From contig NW_027362765.1 in NCBI RefSeq assembly GCF_046119375.1, positions 199,330,001 through 199,394,000 on the forward strand: a stretch of DNA of 64,000 nt, given 5' to 3'. Source of the stretch: Phyllobates terribilis. Taxonomy: Eukaryota. Numbering within the stretch: the first letter of the stretch is position 1; each line of letters starts with the position of its first letter. This document shows, piece after piece, positions 23,791-37,109 of the stretch. The position numbers and the translations under genes are program-made. A model generated the notes under the pieces. The model was not told where the DNA came from and did not search any database. It saw nothing but the letters and a program-made list of their open reading frames with translations.

Positions 23791-25924
23791 CCCCCCTCTG
23801 AGTGAGGGAGTTACAACTTCTTCAATAATACGTGAAAACATTTAAGGGGGCCCCCACCCCACCATGTACTTCTCTAATGCGCTTTGAGAGAAGGGGTCTA
23901 CCTGGCATGTTGGAAAATTCCCCAAGTGATCCCCAATTCTCTTCCTTATTTTGGTTATGCCAATATAATCTACAGGGCGAGAACATTTTAAAGGGAGAAA
24001 CTACAACGGCCATTTTGCAATTTGTGAAATGCTTACTCTTATACACTTGTTTTGTGGTGATGCTTCCAGTGGTTTTGAAAGTGTCAATGTATTGACAGTA
24101 TGAACAGCCACCACATCTGAAAGTACCTAAATTTCTTTTGTCCAACCAGGTGCCTGCCCTTTTAAGTGTTTAAGCACTATGGAACAATTGGTCGCTAATT
24201 GACCTTTTTCTGATCGTGATTGCTGGTGTAGGAGGCAGGTCAAAAATGTCCAGGTCTGTGTTGAGAGCCCCAGTGTTTTGAGAACGTTCCTCACCTCTGA
24301 AGCTTGATCATAAAATGTACCGATAATTCTGAAGAAAGTCCCACTCATCAGTCTTTATATTACGTCTACGTTTCCATAGAGTCAGCGTATAAAAATGCAT
24401 AATTCAGGACTTGAGGGTATCCCCTCTAAAGTAACCTATTTTTCAGTTGTCACTAGTTATGAGCGAGCATACTCACAAGTACTCGCCTGAGCATCTGAGT
24501 ACTCGAGATGCTAGGAGCTCATCGAGTAATTGCGAGATGCTCAGGCGGATGCTCGGGTCCCCTCCCTGCATGTTTGGCGCTCTTTAGAGCGCCAATGAAC
24601 ATGCAGGGATTGCCTGCCACTCACTGTAATGCCGCAGCCATGGTTCAGCGGTTTCTCAAATCCTACCTGGAGCAGCCGGATCTGCTTGTTAAAGTACACC
24701 GCCTGTGTACCCATTTTAGAAAGTCGCCTACAGCTTCCGCCGCCCTTGCCGTGTTTCAGCAGCGTTTGCAGCTTACGGCTCACAAACTGGTGTGTGATGT
24801 CCCCACGCGTTGGAACTCTACACTGCAAATGTTGTGAAGGCTTTGTGAGTAGAAGAGGGTAGTTGTTGAGTACCAGCATCAATAAGGCTGTCGGTATTCA
24901 GTTCAGACTCCACACAAGACCTCAGGAGTGGACATGAATGTCAGGCATAAGTACCATCCTCCAAAACTTTGAGGACTCCACCAAGATGGTGAGCGGCGAT
25001 GACGCCATAATTAGCATCACCATCCCGCTTCTCTATCTTCTGAAATGCTCTCTGCTCACAATCAAAGAGGATGCATTTGCAGGCGGAGCACGAAGAGATG
25101 GAGCAAGGAACCATACAGGGTGATTACACACAGCCCAGCCTCATCTCATCCCAACGTGGATTGTGTGACAATGAGGAAGAGGAGGAGGAAGAACAGGAGC
25201 TAGTTTCATGCGCTATAGACTGTACTACCTGCACAACTGTCATACCGTCTGTTCAGCGTGGATGGCCAAAGGACAGAGAGGAGGAGGAGGGGAGCATGGT
25301 CAGTCATCCTCTTGGTGAGGACGCAGAAGTGTTGCCTGTTAGCAGTCTGGCACGCATGGCTGAGTTTATGTTACGCTGCCTTTCCCAGGACCCTCGCGTT
25401 CTTAAAATTTTGGGTGATAGTCAGTATTGGTTAGTGACAATTCTAGACCCACGTTACAAGGCGAACGTTAGATCTCTTATTCCTGAGGAAGACAGGTCTA
25501 CAAAAATGGGGCAGTACCAGAAGGCCCTATTATAAAAATTCCCATCTGAAAACGCTGGAAGCAGAGGTCACAGTTCGTTGGACAACCAAGGAGTACAGGC
25601 GAGAGAGACACAACTTCAATCCAGCAGAGGCAGGGGAACACTGTCAAAGTTCTGGGAGAATTTTCTCAGCCCCTCCCATCGCACAATCCCTGAGGCTCGG
25701 GGTACCCTCACAAGGAGTGCAAACTTTGGGAAGATGCTGAGGGAGTACCTTGCCAACCGTATGAACGTCTTCCGTGATTCCTCTGTGCCTTATAATTATT
25801 GAGTATCCAAGCTGAATACGTGGAATGAACTGGCTCTCTACGCCTTGGAGGTCCTGGCCTGCCCTGTCGCCAGCGTTTTATCAGAGCGGGTTTTTAGTGC
25901 CGCTGGTGGAATTATAACTGATAA

Positions 25925-27990
25925 GAAAAAAAGCAGCCAAGTAAAGAAAAACGAGTGGCCATCATTACTTTAAGAAATGAAAGTCAGTCAGTCCGTAGAA
26001 TTGGGCAAACTTTGAATTTGTCCCCAAGTGCAGTTGCAAAAACCATCAAGCGCTACAAAGAAACTGGCTCACATGAGGACCGCCCCAGGAAAGGAAGACC
26101 AAGAGTCACCTCTGCTTCTGAGGATAAGTTTATCCGAGTCACCAGCCTCAGAAATCGCAGGTTAACAGCAGCTCATATTAGAGACCAGGTCAATGCCACA
26201 CAGAGTTCAAGCAGCAGACACATCTCTACAACAACTGTTAAGAGGAGACTTTGAGCAGCAGGCCTTCATGGTAAAATAGCTGCTAGGAAACCACTGCTAA
26301 GGACAGGCAACAAGCAGAAAAGACTTGTTTGGGCTAAAGAACACAAGGAATGGACATTAGACCAGTGGAAATCTGTGCTTTGGTCTGATGAGTCCAAATT
26401 TGAGATTTTTATTTTCCAACCACCGTGTTTTTGTCGCTCCGTGAACATGATTTGCAACTGTTTGACAGATTTAATACATGTGAGGAATGCTGGAAAAACA
26501 GGCATTCGTCACATGTATTAAATCTGTCAAACAGTCGCAAATCATGTTCACGGAGCGACGAAAACTTAAAGCCCGAGCATTCTATAAATACTCGGTGCTC
26601 GGCCGAGTATACTTGGCGAAAGGGTTAACCGAACATATTCGCTCATCACTAGGTGCTACGCCAGATGACCTGGCCTCCACAGTCACCAGACCTGAACCCA
26701 ATCGAGATGGTTTGGGGTGAGCTGGACCGCACAGTGAAGGCAAAAGGGCCAACAAGTGCTAAGCATCTCTGGGAACTCCTTCAAGATTGTTGGAAGACCA
26801 TTTCCGGTGACTACCTCTTGAAGCTCATCAAGAGAATGCCAAGAGTGTGCAAAGCAGTCATCAAAGCAAAAGGTGGCTACTTTGAAGAACCTAGAATATA
26901 AGACATATTTTCAATTGTTTCACACTTTTTTGTTAAGTATATAATTCCACATGTGTAATTCATAGTTTTGATGCCTTGTTAGATAGGGGAAAGGGGAAGT
27001 AGGAGAAGTGTGGATATATAGAAATATTCACTGCAGCGATCAGCTGTTTGAGCCGGGCACGCTGAGCACATGTGCGGGGAGTGAGACAGGGGACATCAGA
27101 TTGTCCCTCACCCCAGTGATTAGCTGTTCAGCCAGGCACGCTGAACATTAGTGCGATCATTAGTACCTGACATGTGAGGAGTCGTTCGGCTCAGCGGACT
27201 GCTCCTCAGTGCTATAAGATATATGATCACTTGGCAGTGAGGCTTTCCTCCTGCCAATGATTTCAAATGGTGCCGGCTCAGCTATAACCAGTACTAATAC
27301 ATACACAGTGCATTCTATTACGGATAACTGCGGTATTGGGCAGAGTTAGTGATGATAGTTGACATCTATCACTGCCATAATATCACTAACCGCTAGACAA
27401 ATGTCAGCTCATCTTTATATGATAACCAGGGGGTGAACAGTTGTGCCCCAAGACAGATTTATACATGACAGTGAAATATTTTGCCATGATAGCAACTAAT
27501 TTTTCCAATTTAATTGGATTTGTATAACTGCTCCACCTGATATTCACATCGAGGCTATTCCAATATATGGGGATATCATGCACACATAACCTCGGTCCTA
27601 TATTGGAGGGACTGGACTGAGGTGTCCCAAATTTTCCCTACACTGCATCTAGCCAGATTTATTAGTGGGTACCATCTTCATATTCCAATAGATGGTTACC
27701 TTATATGCATCTATAGATGCATGAGAAATTTTGTACTTAAAGGATTTTAATAAATTAATAAAGGCTATGAATTTTAAATATTTCTATATAGCCACACTTC
27801 TCCTATTTCCCCTTTCCCCTATCTAACATGACTATTTTGGTGGTGTACACCTGTGGATATAGATCTGATGAGAATAGACCATCTCTTTGACTTAGTTTTG
27901 ATGCCTTCAGTGTGAATGTACAATTTTCAAAGTCATGAAAATACAGAAAAATCTTTAAATGAGGTGTGTCCAAACTTTTGGTCTGTGCTG
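25925..27990 (+). mobile_element. Broken Tc1 transposon (5' end lost, catalytic middle replaced, 3' UTR interrupted)
   Basis: HTH region GRPRVTS..TTVKRRL, WSDESKFE, WPPQSPDLNPIE..GGYFEE, and a right TIR ending CTG-TA at 27990. Confidence 0.85.
26977..27828. mobile_element. Unclassified 852-bp element with about 55-bp inverted termini (TGTTAG...CTAACA)
   Basis: Inverted match of 26977-27030 with about 27775-27828. TAGTTTTGATGCCT is duplicated at 26963-26976 and 27893-27906. Confidence 0.55.
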
Positions 27991-28775
27991 TATATTCCCA
28001 TGCACCTCTTCACACCCACACATGGGTATACACTTCCTGATTTGGGCTATTTGCTCTTGTCCTCCTCCTTCTCCTCATCCTCAACCACCATATCACCAGG
28101 GTGACCGTGGTCCGTGATGCAGCACCCACATAATTTTTTTAAAGGGTGTTTATGATGCCCGTAAAAAAAATTTTTATACAGTATGTTCATGTATACCCCC
28201 CAGGGGTAAATGTTTGTCAGACCATAAACTTAGTGCATGGGCATTACAAGTATAGGAGACCCGCTCCTTTCTAATGGGAACATTTTTTATGGGGCCCTCC
28301 TCCACGTCTCTTCCAAGGGGCATTGGAGTGCCTCCCAATTTTTGGCAGCCCTTGCATTCACTGCATAGGCAAACACAATGGGAGACCCACTTCCTAATAA
28401 TGGGAAAAAAAATTCAGGAGGCCCTCCTCTACATCTCTCTCTTCCAAGGGGCATTGGAGTACCTCCAAATTTATGGCAACCCTTGCATTCACTTCATAGG
28501 CAAACACAATGGGAGACCCACTTCCTAATAATGGGAACATTGTTTTCAGGAGGCCCTCCTCTAAGTCTCTTCAAAGGGGTATTGGGGTGCGTCCAAATTT
28601 TCAAAGTGGTATTGGGATGCGTCCAAATTTTGGGCAGCCCTGCCACTCACTGCATACGCAATAACAGTATAGGAGACCCACTATTTAGTAATGGGAACAA
28701 TAAAACATAGCCGGCTGATGGCTCTCTAAGAATAGTGAGGGCCGACTGCTGGCCCTTTAAGAATAGTAAAGGCCG

Positions 28776-29765
28776 GCCTATTTGAATACAAATAGATCTG
28801 ATGTTAGATTTTATACTTAAAAACAGAGGAACAAAAGGGGCAATATCTGAAGTGTATAGAGACCTGCTGCACGCCTTTCTTGGAGGACACCCTATCAAAG
28901 CTAGAAGGAAGTGGGAGACAGACTTGGGAGAGATAAATGACGATAGGTGGGAGTCTATTCTAGAATATATACCCAAGTTATCCATGAGTGAGCCTGGGAG
29001 AATGTCACAGCTGTATGTGATCCATAGGGCATATAGAACCCCTGATATGTTATTTAAAGCAGGGTTGAAGTGTAACTCCGACTGCCCAAGGTGCTCGCAA
29101 TCTCAGGCAGACATACTGCATATGCTTTGGCATTGTCCTAGATTGTCCTCCCTTTGGATCGTAGTGTTGAACCGTATTGGAATGGTGTATAGGTGTATTG
29201 TCACTAGGGACCCACTGACATGTATATTAGGGTACGTTGAGGAAATAAAAACAGACAACATGACCAAAATAGCAATTGCGAGATTATTGTTTATTGCCAG
29301 AAAATTGATTGCAAAATATTGGATTAGAGAGGAGCCCCCGTCCAGACGCGAATTCATTGCCCAAACGAACTATATAATTCAACTTGAAAAAAGTATTTAC
29401 ACCAAGAGGAATAAGCAGGAATACTTCCATAAATTATGGCAGCCATGGTTGGATAGGATTAATTAGAGTACATTTATATATACTACTGTAGAGTAAAACT
29501 CTTGGTAAACTGCATGGCAGAGTGGAGAGGGAAGAAGGAAAGGGAGTAAGGGAAGGAAAGAAAAGGGGTAACGTAGGGAAGGGAAGGAAAGAGGGGGGGG
29601 GAATAAAATAAAAAAAAAAGAGAGAAAGAAAGGTCTCCATGGGGGGGAGGTGGGGTGGTAATGGAAGGGGGGGGAACTTACTGTAATATTGTAAAACGAG
29701 TATTGTCATGTAATATCTGTTCCAAGTTTTGTTATGTTTAATAAAAACTTATCTGATTAAAAAAA
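28776..29765 (+). mobile_element. 5'-truncated L1 LINE (ORF2 C-terminus to 29466, G-rich 3' UTR, poly-A)
   Basis: CPRC..HMLWHC zinc knuckle, KLWQPW end, AATAAA plus A-tail, 17-bp TSD AAGAATAGTAAAGGCCG (28759-28775 and 29766-29782). Confidence 0.92.
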
Positions 29766-29819
29766 AAGAATAGTAAAGGCCGCCTGATGGCCCTATAAAA
29801 ATAGGCTTTGTGACTTTCA

Positions 29820-30660
29820 GGCTATGTGCCCACGATGCAGAAATGAAGCAGAAAATTTCTGCAGCATTTCTGCATCTCCCTGGCAGAAAAAACGCATGCA
29901 GATTGTACATGCGGATTGTACATGCAGATTGTATATGCGGATTGTACATGTGGATTGTACATGCGTTTTTCCTGCCAAATACATGCGGATGTGAAGCGTT
30001 CTTCACATGCGTTTCCGCAAGCGGGTTGATTTATATAGGCATGGATTTATATAGTGTGACCTTAAAGAATGGTAAAAAATAAAAATAATAATCTATACTT
30101 ACCTTCCGATGGCCCGTGCAGTCTTGCTGCGCTCCTGTTCTGGCTGCCAGCTGATCGCGGGACACTGTACTGAAGGGCCTGCCGTCACATGACTGTGACG
30201 TCAGCGCAGGTCCTACAGTCCAACGCGATGTGTCGGCAAAAGAGGAGAAGCGCTGCAGCGGCCGTCAGAAGGTAAATATAATCTTTATTTTTTATTTTAT
30301 TCTTTTTTTCACAGGTACAATGGTATCCAGGTCTGGATGAGAGTCTTCTCTCCTCCAGAACTGGGTACCATCCGCACATTGAAACTCATATAATCCGTGT
30401 GTACAAATGTACTGACACGGATTATATGCGTCTCAATGCAAGTCAATGGCGGCGATTACGCTGCGTGTCCGCAAAATTAATGGACATGCTGCGGATTTTT
30501 GAGCGCAGCATAAACACTGTGGAAAAATCCGCAGCATGGGCATTGACAGTGCGGCTTGTCATTGAGGACCATGGGCGGATTACCAAGCATTTTTGAGGCG
30601 TTTACGCTGCGGAAATTCCGCAGCGTGAACGCTTGAAAAACGCATAATGGGCACATACCC
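29820..30660. mobile_element. Harbinger-type MITE (family also at 36144, 37110 and 54218)
   Basis: GGCTATGTGCCC...GGGCACATACCC with 3-bp TSD TCA. Confidence 0.8.
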
Positions 30661-31269
30661 TCAGAGTCCCTCCTTCATAAATGAAACACGATGTGTCTGA
30701 TCATGTCTGACACACCACATGGCCAGATAAGGTTGTAAAATGTTAAAATGACATTTCCCGGTGAATGCATTTGTCACGGTTGAAAGCAATGCAAAAGTGC
30801 AAAAACGCATCAAAAACACTACGTGTGAACATAGCCCAAGGTGTGAAGGAGCATTTTTGTTTTTGGTTATTTATTTTTCTTTATATACAAGTCATTACAC
30901 TGGAAAGGATGTTCCTTAATATATTTCCCAGGAAAATCCATTTTGGTTTTGTTTTTGTATGTTTTATTGGGAGTCCGTAAAAGTGGCGAAATACCTCTGA
31001 CAACGTTGTTGACAGAAGTGACCTGGGAGTCAGAAATACTTCCAGGGGTCTTCCTCATGCTGTTCCCATGTCATTTGAGCACTGTTCCCATCAATTTGGG
31101 CAATTTTTAGGCCCTCTGCAGATCGCCGGGGGAGCCGCCTGAAAAATGCTCGAGTTTCCCATAGACTTACATTGGGCTCATTGTTTGGGTCGAGCACCCG
31201 AGTATTCCAATGTGCTCGACCCGAGGATAGAGCACCCGAGCATTCTAGTTGTCACACCTGTTAGTAATA

Positions 31270-32851
31270 CACTGTGTTCCAAATTATTATGCAAAAAGTG
31301 TTTCGGAGTGATAAGGTAAGAATTTTTTTGTTTGTCAGTTAAACTCATTGATGGTGATGTGTGTCAGGGCTCTTTATATCACTGTAAGCAATTGCAGACA
31401 CCTGTGCTAATTAGTTTGGCAGGTGTGTCCAATGAAAGGCAAGACTACTTAAGAAGGCTGTCCCACATTATTAAGCAGCCTACATTTTCTGCCAAAATGG
31501 GAAAGAAAAGGGATGTGTCGGCTGCTGAGAAGCAACAAATTGTGGAGTGTTTAGGTCAAGGCATGACTACAATCAACATTGCCAAGACAATTCATCGTGA
31601 TCATCGCACAATCAAGAAGTATGTAGCTGATTCACAGTACACACGTGTGCGTGCTGATAAGGGAAAATTGAGGACTCTTTCCTACAGGCAATTACGTCAG
31701 GTTAAAAGAGCAGCAGCAAAAAAGCCTTGTCATAGCAGCAGACAAGTTTTTGAAGCTGCTGGTGCCTCCAACGTCCCCCGAACAACAAGATGCAGGGTCC
31801 TTCAGAGGTTTGCAGCTGTGCGTAAGCCATCCTGTCAACCTCCTCTATCCACTGCACACAAGCAGAAACGGCTCCAGTAGGCCAAACAATATATGAAGAC
31901 TGACTTCAAAACTGTTTTGTTCACCGATGAGTGCCGTGCAATGCTCGAAGGTCCAGATGGATGGAGTGGAGGATGGCTGGTTGATGGACACCACATGCAA
32001 ACACGGCTACGGCGCCAACAAGGAGGAGGTGGAGTAATGTTTTGGGCTGGAATCATGGGGAGAGAGATTGTCGGCCCCTTTAGGATCCCTGAAGGGGTAA
32101 AGATGAACTCCATAATGTATGTTGAGTTTCTCAAACAGCACTTCCTGCCATGGTTCAAGAAGAAGAACCGTGCATTCCGCAGCAAGATCATTTTCATGCA
32201 TGATAATGCCCCGTCTCATGCTGCACATAACACATCTGCATCTCTGGCTGCTATGGGCATAAAAGGGGACAAACTTATGGTGTGGCCCCCATGCTCCCCT
32301 GACCTCAACCCCATTGAGAACCTCTGGAGCATCATCAAAAGGAGTGTCTATGATGGCGGGAAGCAGTTCACATCTAAGCAACAGCTCTGGGAGGGTATTC
32401 TGTCCTCATGCAAAACAATTGCAGCAGAAACCATCCAAAACCTGACAAATTCAATGGATTAGAGAGTTCAGAAGCTCCTTTCGAACAAGGGGTCCTATGT
32501 GCAAATGTAACATCAGCTAGAATAAAGTTTTGAGTTGAAAACTGTTTGATTTCAGTTTGTAATAACCTGCTAATGCTTCTAATTTCAAAAATGACCATTT
32601 TTTGTTCTTTATTAAAATGAAAAGGTTGAAAACTCTGCTGTGCATAATAATTTGGAACATGCATTTTGAGTGCAGTTTGAGTGTTTTATTTTTTTTTTTA
32701 AATATACTGTTATCATGGGCAGTTTGTACAAAAACCTTTCAATTGTACTCTAATAGTTATTTGACTGGAAAATTACAATGACTGCAATTCATATAGGTAA
32801 TTTGGGAAAATCTGAGAAAATATTACTTGCATAATAATTTGGAACACAGTG
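31270..32851 (+). mobile_element. Full-length Tc1-like transposon, DD37E (TRT-type); transposase pseudogene 31497-32510
   Basis: TIRs CACTGTGTTCCAAATTATTATGCA, TA TSD, FTDE / HDNA / NPIE with 37 residues between the second D and E, and two premature TAG stops (31878, 32460). Confidence 0.9.
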
Positions 32852-33087
32852 TAGATTGCAGGAGAGTAAAAATTGTGTTTGACACGAAAATGTTGTCCTT
32901 TTCTCAAACGGGGGGAAGGGGTTCACTATCCCACTGAAGAAAATTGTTTGTGAAAGTGGGTTTCCTAAAGACTTGTCTGTAGTTGTCCCCCCCCCCTCCA
33001 TATCGTTTTCAATGGTAATATAAAAAAAAAAAATCAATTTCTCGGATTTATCGCAGAAGTAAACCTCAGGCTTAGTGTATTAACATT

Positions 33088-33767
33088 TTAAAGAGAACCT
33101 GTCAACAGGATTTAGCCCTATAAACTAAAGGCATGGCCATAATGGCGCTGTGATGTTGATTTATCTGGTACCTTATGTGAAGGGATTCGATCAGTAGCTG
33201 TTGAATGTGTCTTGTGTGCTTTGCTGAACATGATGGCAGGGTTTTGTTTTGATTCTCTGCACCCTCCACCAGCCTCTGCTTCTTGTACAGGTCACTGATT
33301 ATTCAGTGACCTGCCTTTTTTTTTTTTTTTTAATTCTATGCTGCCGCCATCATTGTGTGAGCCTGCGTCTTGTGTGCATGACTTCAATAACATGGTGCTG
33401 GAGGCGGCGCATGCGCAGATCTACATTTCGGCTCAGGACGCAGACTCACTGCGCACGCGCTGCCCACATAAAGATGGCGGCGGCGCAAAATTTTAAAAAG
33501 TAGGTTAGTCACTAAATAAGTGGTGACCTGTACAAGAAGCAGAGGCTGGTGGGGGGGGGGGGGGGCAAAGAACCAGAAGAAGACCTTGACCACACGTCCT
33601 GCCCCAAAACACACAAGATGTAATTTTATGAAAACTTCATAAGGGGAGTATTCAACAGCCGCTCATCAGATCCCTTCACATCAGGTACCAGATTAATCTG
33701 CATCACCGTGCCATTATGGCCATGCCTTTAGTTTATAGGGCTAAATCCTACTGACAGGTTCTGTTAA
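33088..33767. mobile_element. TTAA-flanked palindromic MITE
   Basis: AGAGAACCTGTCA...TGACAGGTTCT ends with long inverted arms. Confidence 0.75.
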
Positions 33768-34060
33768 AGTATTGTACAAATCTGTTAAAGGAATTGATAT
33801 GACCGACCCACAGTATCAGGACATCATCAATGTATTGTCCCCAAAAGAGGCTGTGAGATGTTCACCAGGAGGCCTTTGGGCCGGCCTTTAAGGGGATCTA
33901 ATTCCTTTTGCTGGGGCATAAAAAACGGAGTCGTGGGGAATTTTGGAAATATAAAGGCCATTTTTTTTTTTGATATGAGATGTGAGTCAAGGGCCGTTTT
34001 CAATATTATCCCCAATTCTCTAGTATATGGCTCCAAAAGGTCCTTCCGTAAAATCATATA

Positions 34061-35677
34061 CACTACCGTTCAAAAGTTTGGGGTAATTTAGAAATTTCAT
34101 TATTTTTGAAAGAAAAGCACATTTTTTTTCAATGAATCTAACATTAAATGAATCAGAAATACACTCTATACATTGTTAATGTGGTAAATGACTATTCTAG
34201 CTGCAAACGTCGTATTTTTATTCCAATATCTACATAGGTGTATAGAGGCCCATTTCCAACAACCATCACTCCAGTGTTTTAATGGTACATTGTGTTTGCT
34301 AACTGTGTAAGAAGGCTAATGGATGTTTAGAAAACCCTAGAAAACCCTTGCACAAGTATGTTAGCCCAGCTGAAAACGGTTTGGCTGATTTGAGAAGCTA
34401 TAAAATTGACCTTCCTTTGAGCTAGTTAAGAATCTGGAGCATTACATTTGTTTGTTCTATGAAACTCTCAAAATGGCCAGAAAAAGAGAACTTTCATGTG
34501 AAACTCGACAGTCTATTCTTGTTCTTAGAAATGAAGGTTAATCCATGCGAGAAATTGCAAGAAACTGAAGATTTCCTGCAACGGTGTGTACTACTCCCTT
34601 CAGAGGAGAGCACAAACAGGCTCTAACCAGAGTAGAAAGAGAAGTGGGAGGCCCCGCTGCACAACTGAGCAACAAGACAAGTACATTAGAGTCTCTAGTT
34701 TGAGAAATCGATGCCTCACAGCTCCTCAACTGGCAGCTTCATTAAATAGTACATGCAAAACGCCAGTGTCAAAGTCTACAGTGAAGAGGCGACTCCGGGA
34801 CGCTGGCGTTCAGGGCAAAGTGGCAAAGAAAAAGCCATATCTGAGACTGGCTAATAAAAGGAAAAGATTAATATGGGCAAAAGAACACAGACATTGGACA
34901 GAGGAAGATTGGAAAAATGTTTTATGGACAGAAGAATCAAAGTTTGAGGTGTTTGGATCACACAGAAAAACATTTGTGAGATGCAGAACAACTGAAAAGA
35001 TGCTGGAAGAGTGCCTGACGCCATCTCTCAAGCATGGTGGAGGTAATGTGATGGTGTGGGGTTTCTTTGGTGCTGATAAAGTGGGAGATTTGTACAAGGT
35101 AAATGGGATTTTGAATAAGGAAGGCTATCACTCAATTTTGCAACGCCATGCCATACCCTGTGGACAGCGCTTGATTGGAGCCAATTTCATCCTACAACAG
35201 GACAATGACCCTAAGCACACCTCCAAATTATGCATGAACTATTTAGGGAAGAAGCAGGCAGCTGGTATTCTATCTGTAATGGAGAGGCCAGCGCAGTCAC
35301 CAGATCTCAACCCCATTGAGCTGTTGTGGGAGCAGCTTGACCATATGGTACGCAAAAAGTGCCCATCAAGCCAATCTAACTTGTGGGAGGGGCTTCAGGA
35401 AGCATGGGGGGAAATTTCTCAAGATTACCTCAGCAAATTAACAGCTAGAATGCCAAAGGTCTGCAATGCTGTAATTGCTGCAAAGGAAGCATTCTTTGAC
35501 GAAAGCAAAATTTGAAGGAGAAAATTATTCTTTCTAATAAAAATCATTATTTCTAACCTTGTCAATGTCTGGACTATATTTTCTAATCATTTTGCAACTC
35601 ATTTGATAAATAAAACTATGAGTTTTCATGGAAAACACAAAATTGTCTGGGTGACCCCAAACTTTTGAATGGTAGTG
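34061..35677 (+). mobile_element. Full-length Tc1-like transposon, DD38E (Intruder-type); transposase pseudogene 34473-35515
   Basis: TIRs CACTACCGTTCAAAAGTTTGGGGT, TA TSD, QDND..NPIE spacing of 38, first catalytic D mutated (WTEE), and a 5' stop plus frameshift. Confidence 0.9.
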
Positions 35678-36143
35678 TAGGTCTGGTCATCAACTAAAAT
35701 ATTAGGAGGTTTTTATATGCCAGATGGTCCATTAGAACAAGGTTCTCTCCTTTATTGGAGGCTTTAAAAACCAATTTAGCATTATTAGCCAGCACATCAA
35801 GCCCCCTTCTCTCTTGTGGATGTAAGTTTGATACATAACCCCTGTTAGATCTACTAATCTTGAGATCCTCAGTCACTAATTTAGTTAAGATATCAATACT
35901 GGTAATGTCAGAATTTGGGGGCATCCTACTGCTTACAGGTCTCGAATCAGTGAATGGTCCAAGCCTCGGTTCTGATATTCTCCAGAAGGCAAGTTAATAA
36001 TCTAACATTAGGCAAATCTGCCACATATTTCCCTGAGATGGCACATTCCACCCTATCATGTTTCTTGAAGAATTTCTTCCATTTTAAATTTCGAGAAAAT
36101 AAATTCACATCCTTTATCCAATCAAAATGCTGAACATGAGTAA

Positions 36144-37008
36144 GGGTATGTGCACACGATGCAGAAATGAAGCAGAAAATTTCTGCATCATTTCTGCATC
36201 TCCCTGGCAGAAAAAACGCATGCAGATTGTGCATGCGTTTTTCCTGCAGAATACATGCGGATCCACATGCAGATTCACATGCGTTTCCGCATGCAGATTG
36301 ACAAGCGCTTTCCAGGCGATTTTAGCATCACCTGGAAAGTGCTTGATAACTAGGTCACACTATATAAATCCATGCAAACAGCATGGATTTATACAGTGTG
36401 AACCGAGAGAGTGTATATACTTACCTCTGATGGCCCGCGCTGTCCTGCTCACTCCGTTCTCCCGGCTGCCGGCAACTTTGAATTGAAAGACCTGCCGACG
36501 TCAGCGTCACGTGACCCGTCACATGACTCTGACGTCACCGCAGGTCCTACAACTCACTGCAAGTGCCGGGAACCAAGTGGGAGCGCTGCGCGGGCCGACA
36601 GAAGGTAAGAATACATTTATTTTTTATTTTATTCTTCTTTTACAGCTTTTTTAATGGTACCTGGGTGTGGATGAGACTCTCCTCTCCTCCACACCCGGGT
36701 ACCATCCGCACATTAGAACGCACCAATTACGCAAGTACAAATGCTGTCTTGCGGAATTGGCGCGTTCTAATGCAAGTCAATGGCGGCGAAATCGCCGCGT
36801 TTCCGCAAAATTAATTGACATGCTGCGGATTTTTGACCGCAGCGTTAACGCTGCGGAAAAATCCGCATCATGGGCACAGCACATGCGGATTTCCATTGGG
36901 GAACATTGCTGCCCTTCTACCATGCGTTTTTCATGCGTTTCCGCGGCGTTTACGCAACTGCAAAAACGCCGCGGAAACGCATGAAATACGCATCGTGTGA
37001 ACACAGCC
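36144..37008. mobile_element. Harbinger-type MITE, copy 1
   Basis: GGGTATGTGCACACG...CGTGTGAACACAGCC with TAA TSD. Confidence 0.85.
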
Positions 37009-37109
37009 TAAGACTGTCCAAGTCGAAAAGCATCTGTTTGTCTAGAAGGTTTTTCTTTGGTGTGCCAAGCATGTCATTTTAATCTATATCCAATAAATGT
37101 GAAGTTTAA

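Larger units (their letters stand above)
24454..31247 (+). mobile_element. hAT DNA transposon (5'-deleted transposase pseudogene about 24630-25924) hosting nested insertions
   Basis: 8-bp TSD GTTGTCAC (24446-24453 and 31248-31255), DVPTRWNST, LDPRYK, SVLSERVFSAAGGI dimerisation motif, subterminal repeats at 28250-28690. Confidence 0.85.

Noticed and set aside
26383-26400. CTGATGAG as a second hammerhead core (also at about 27867)
   Set aside because: The first is Tc1 coding sequence (WSDES). Neither has stem II followed by GAAA.
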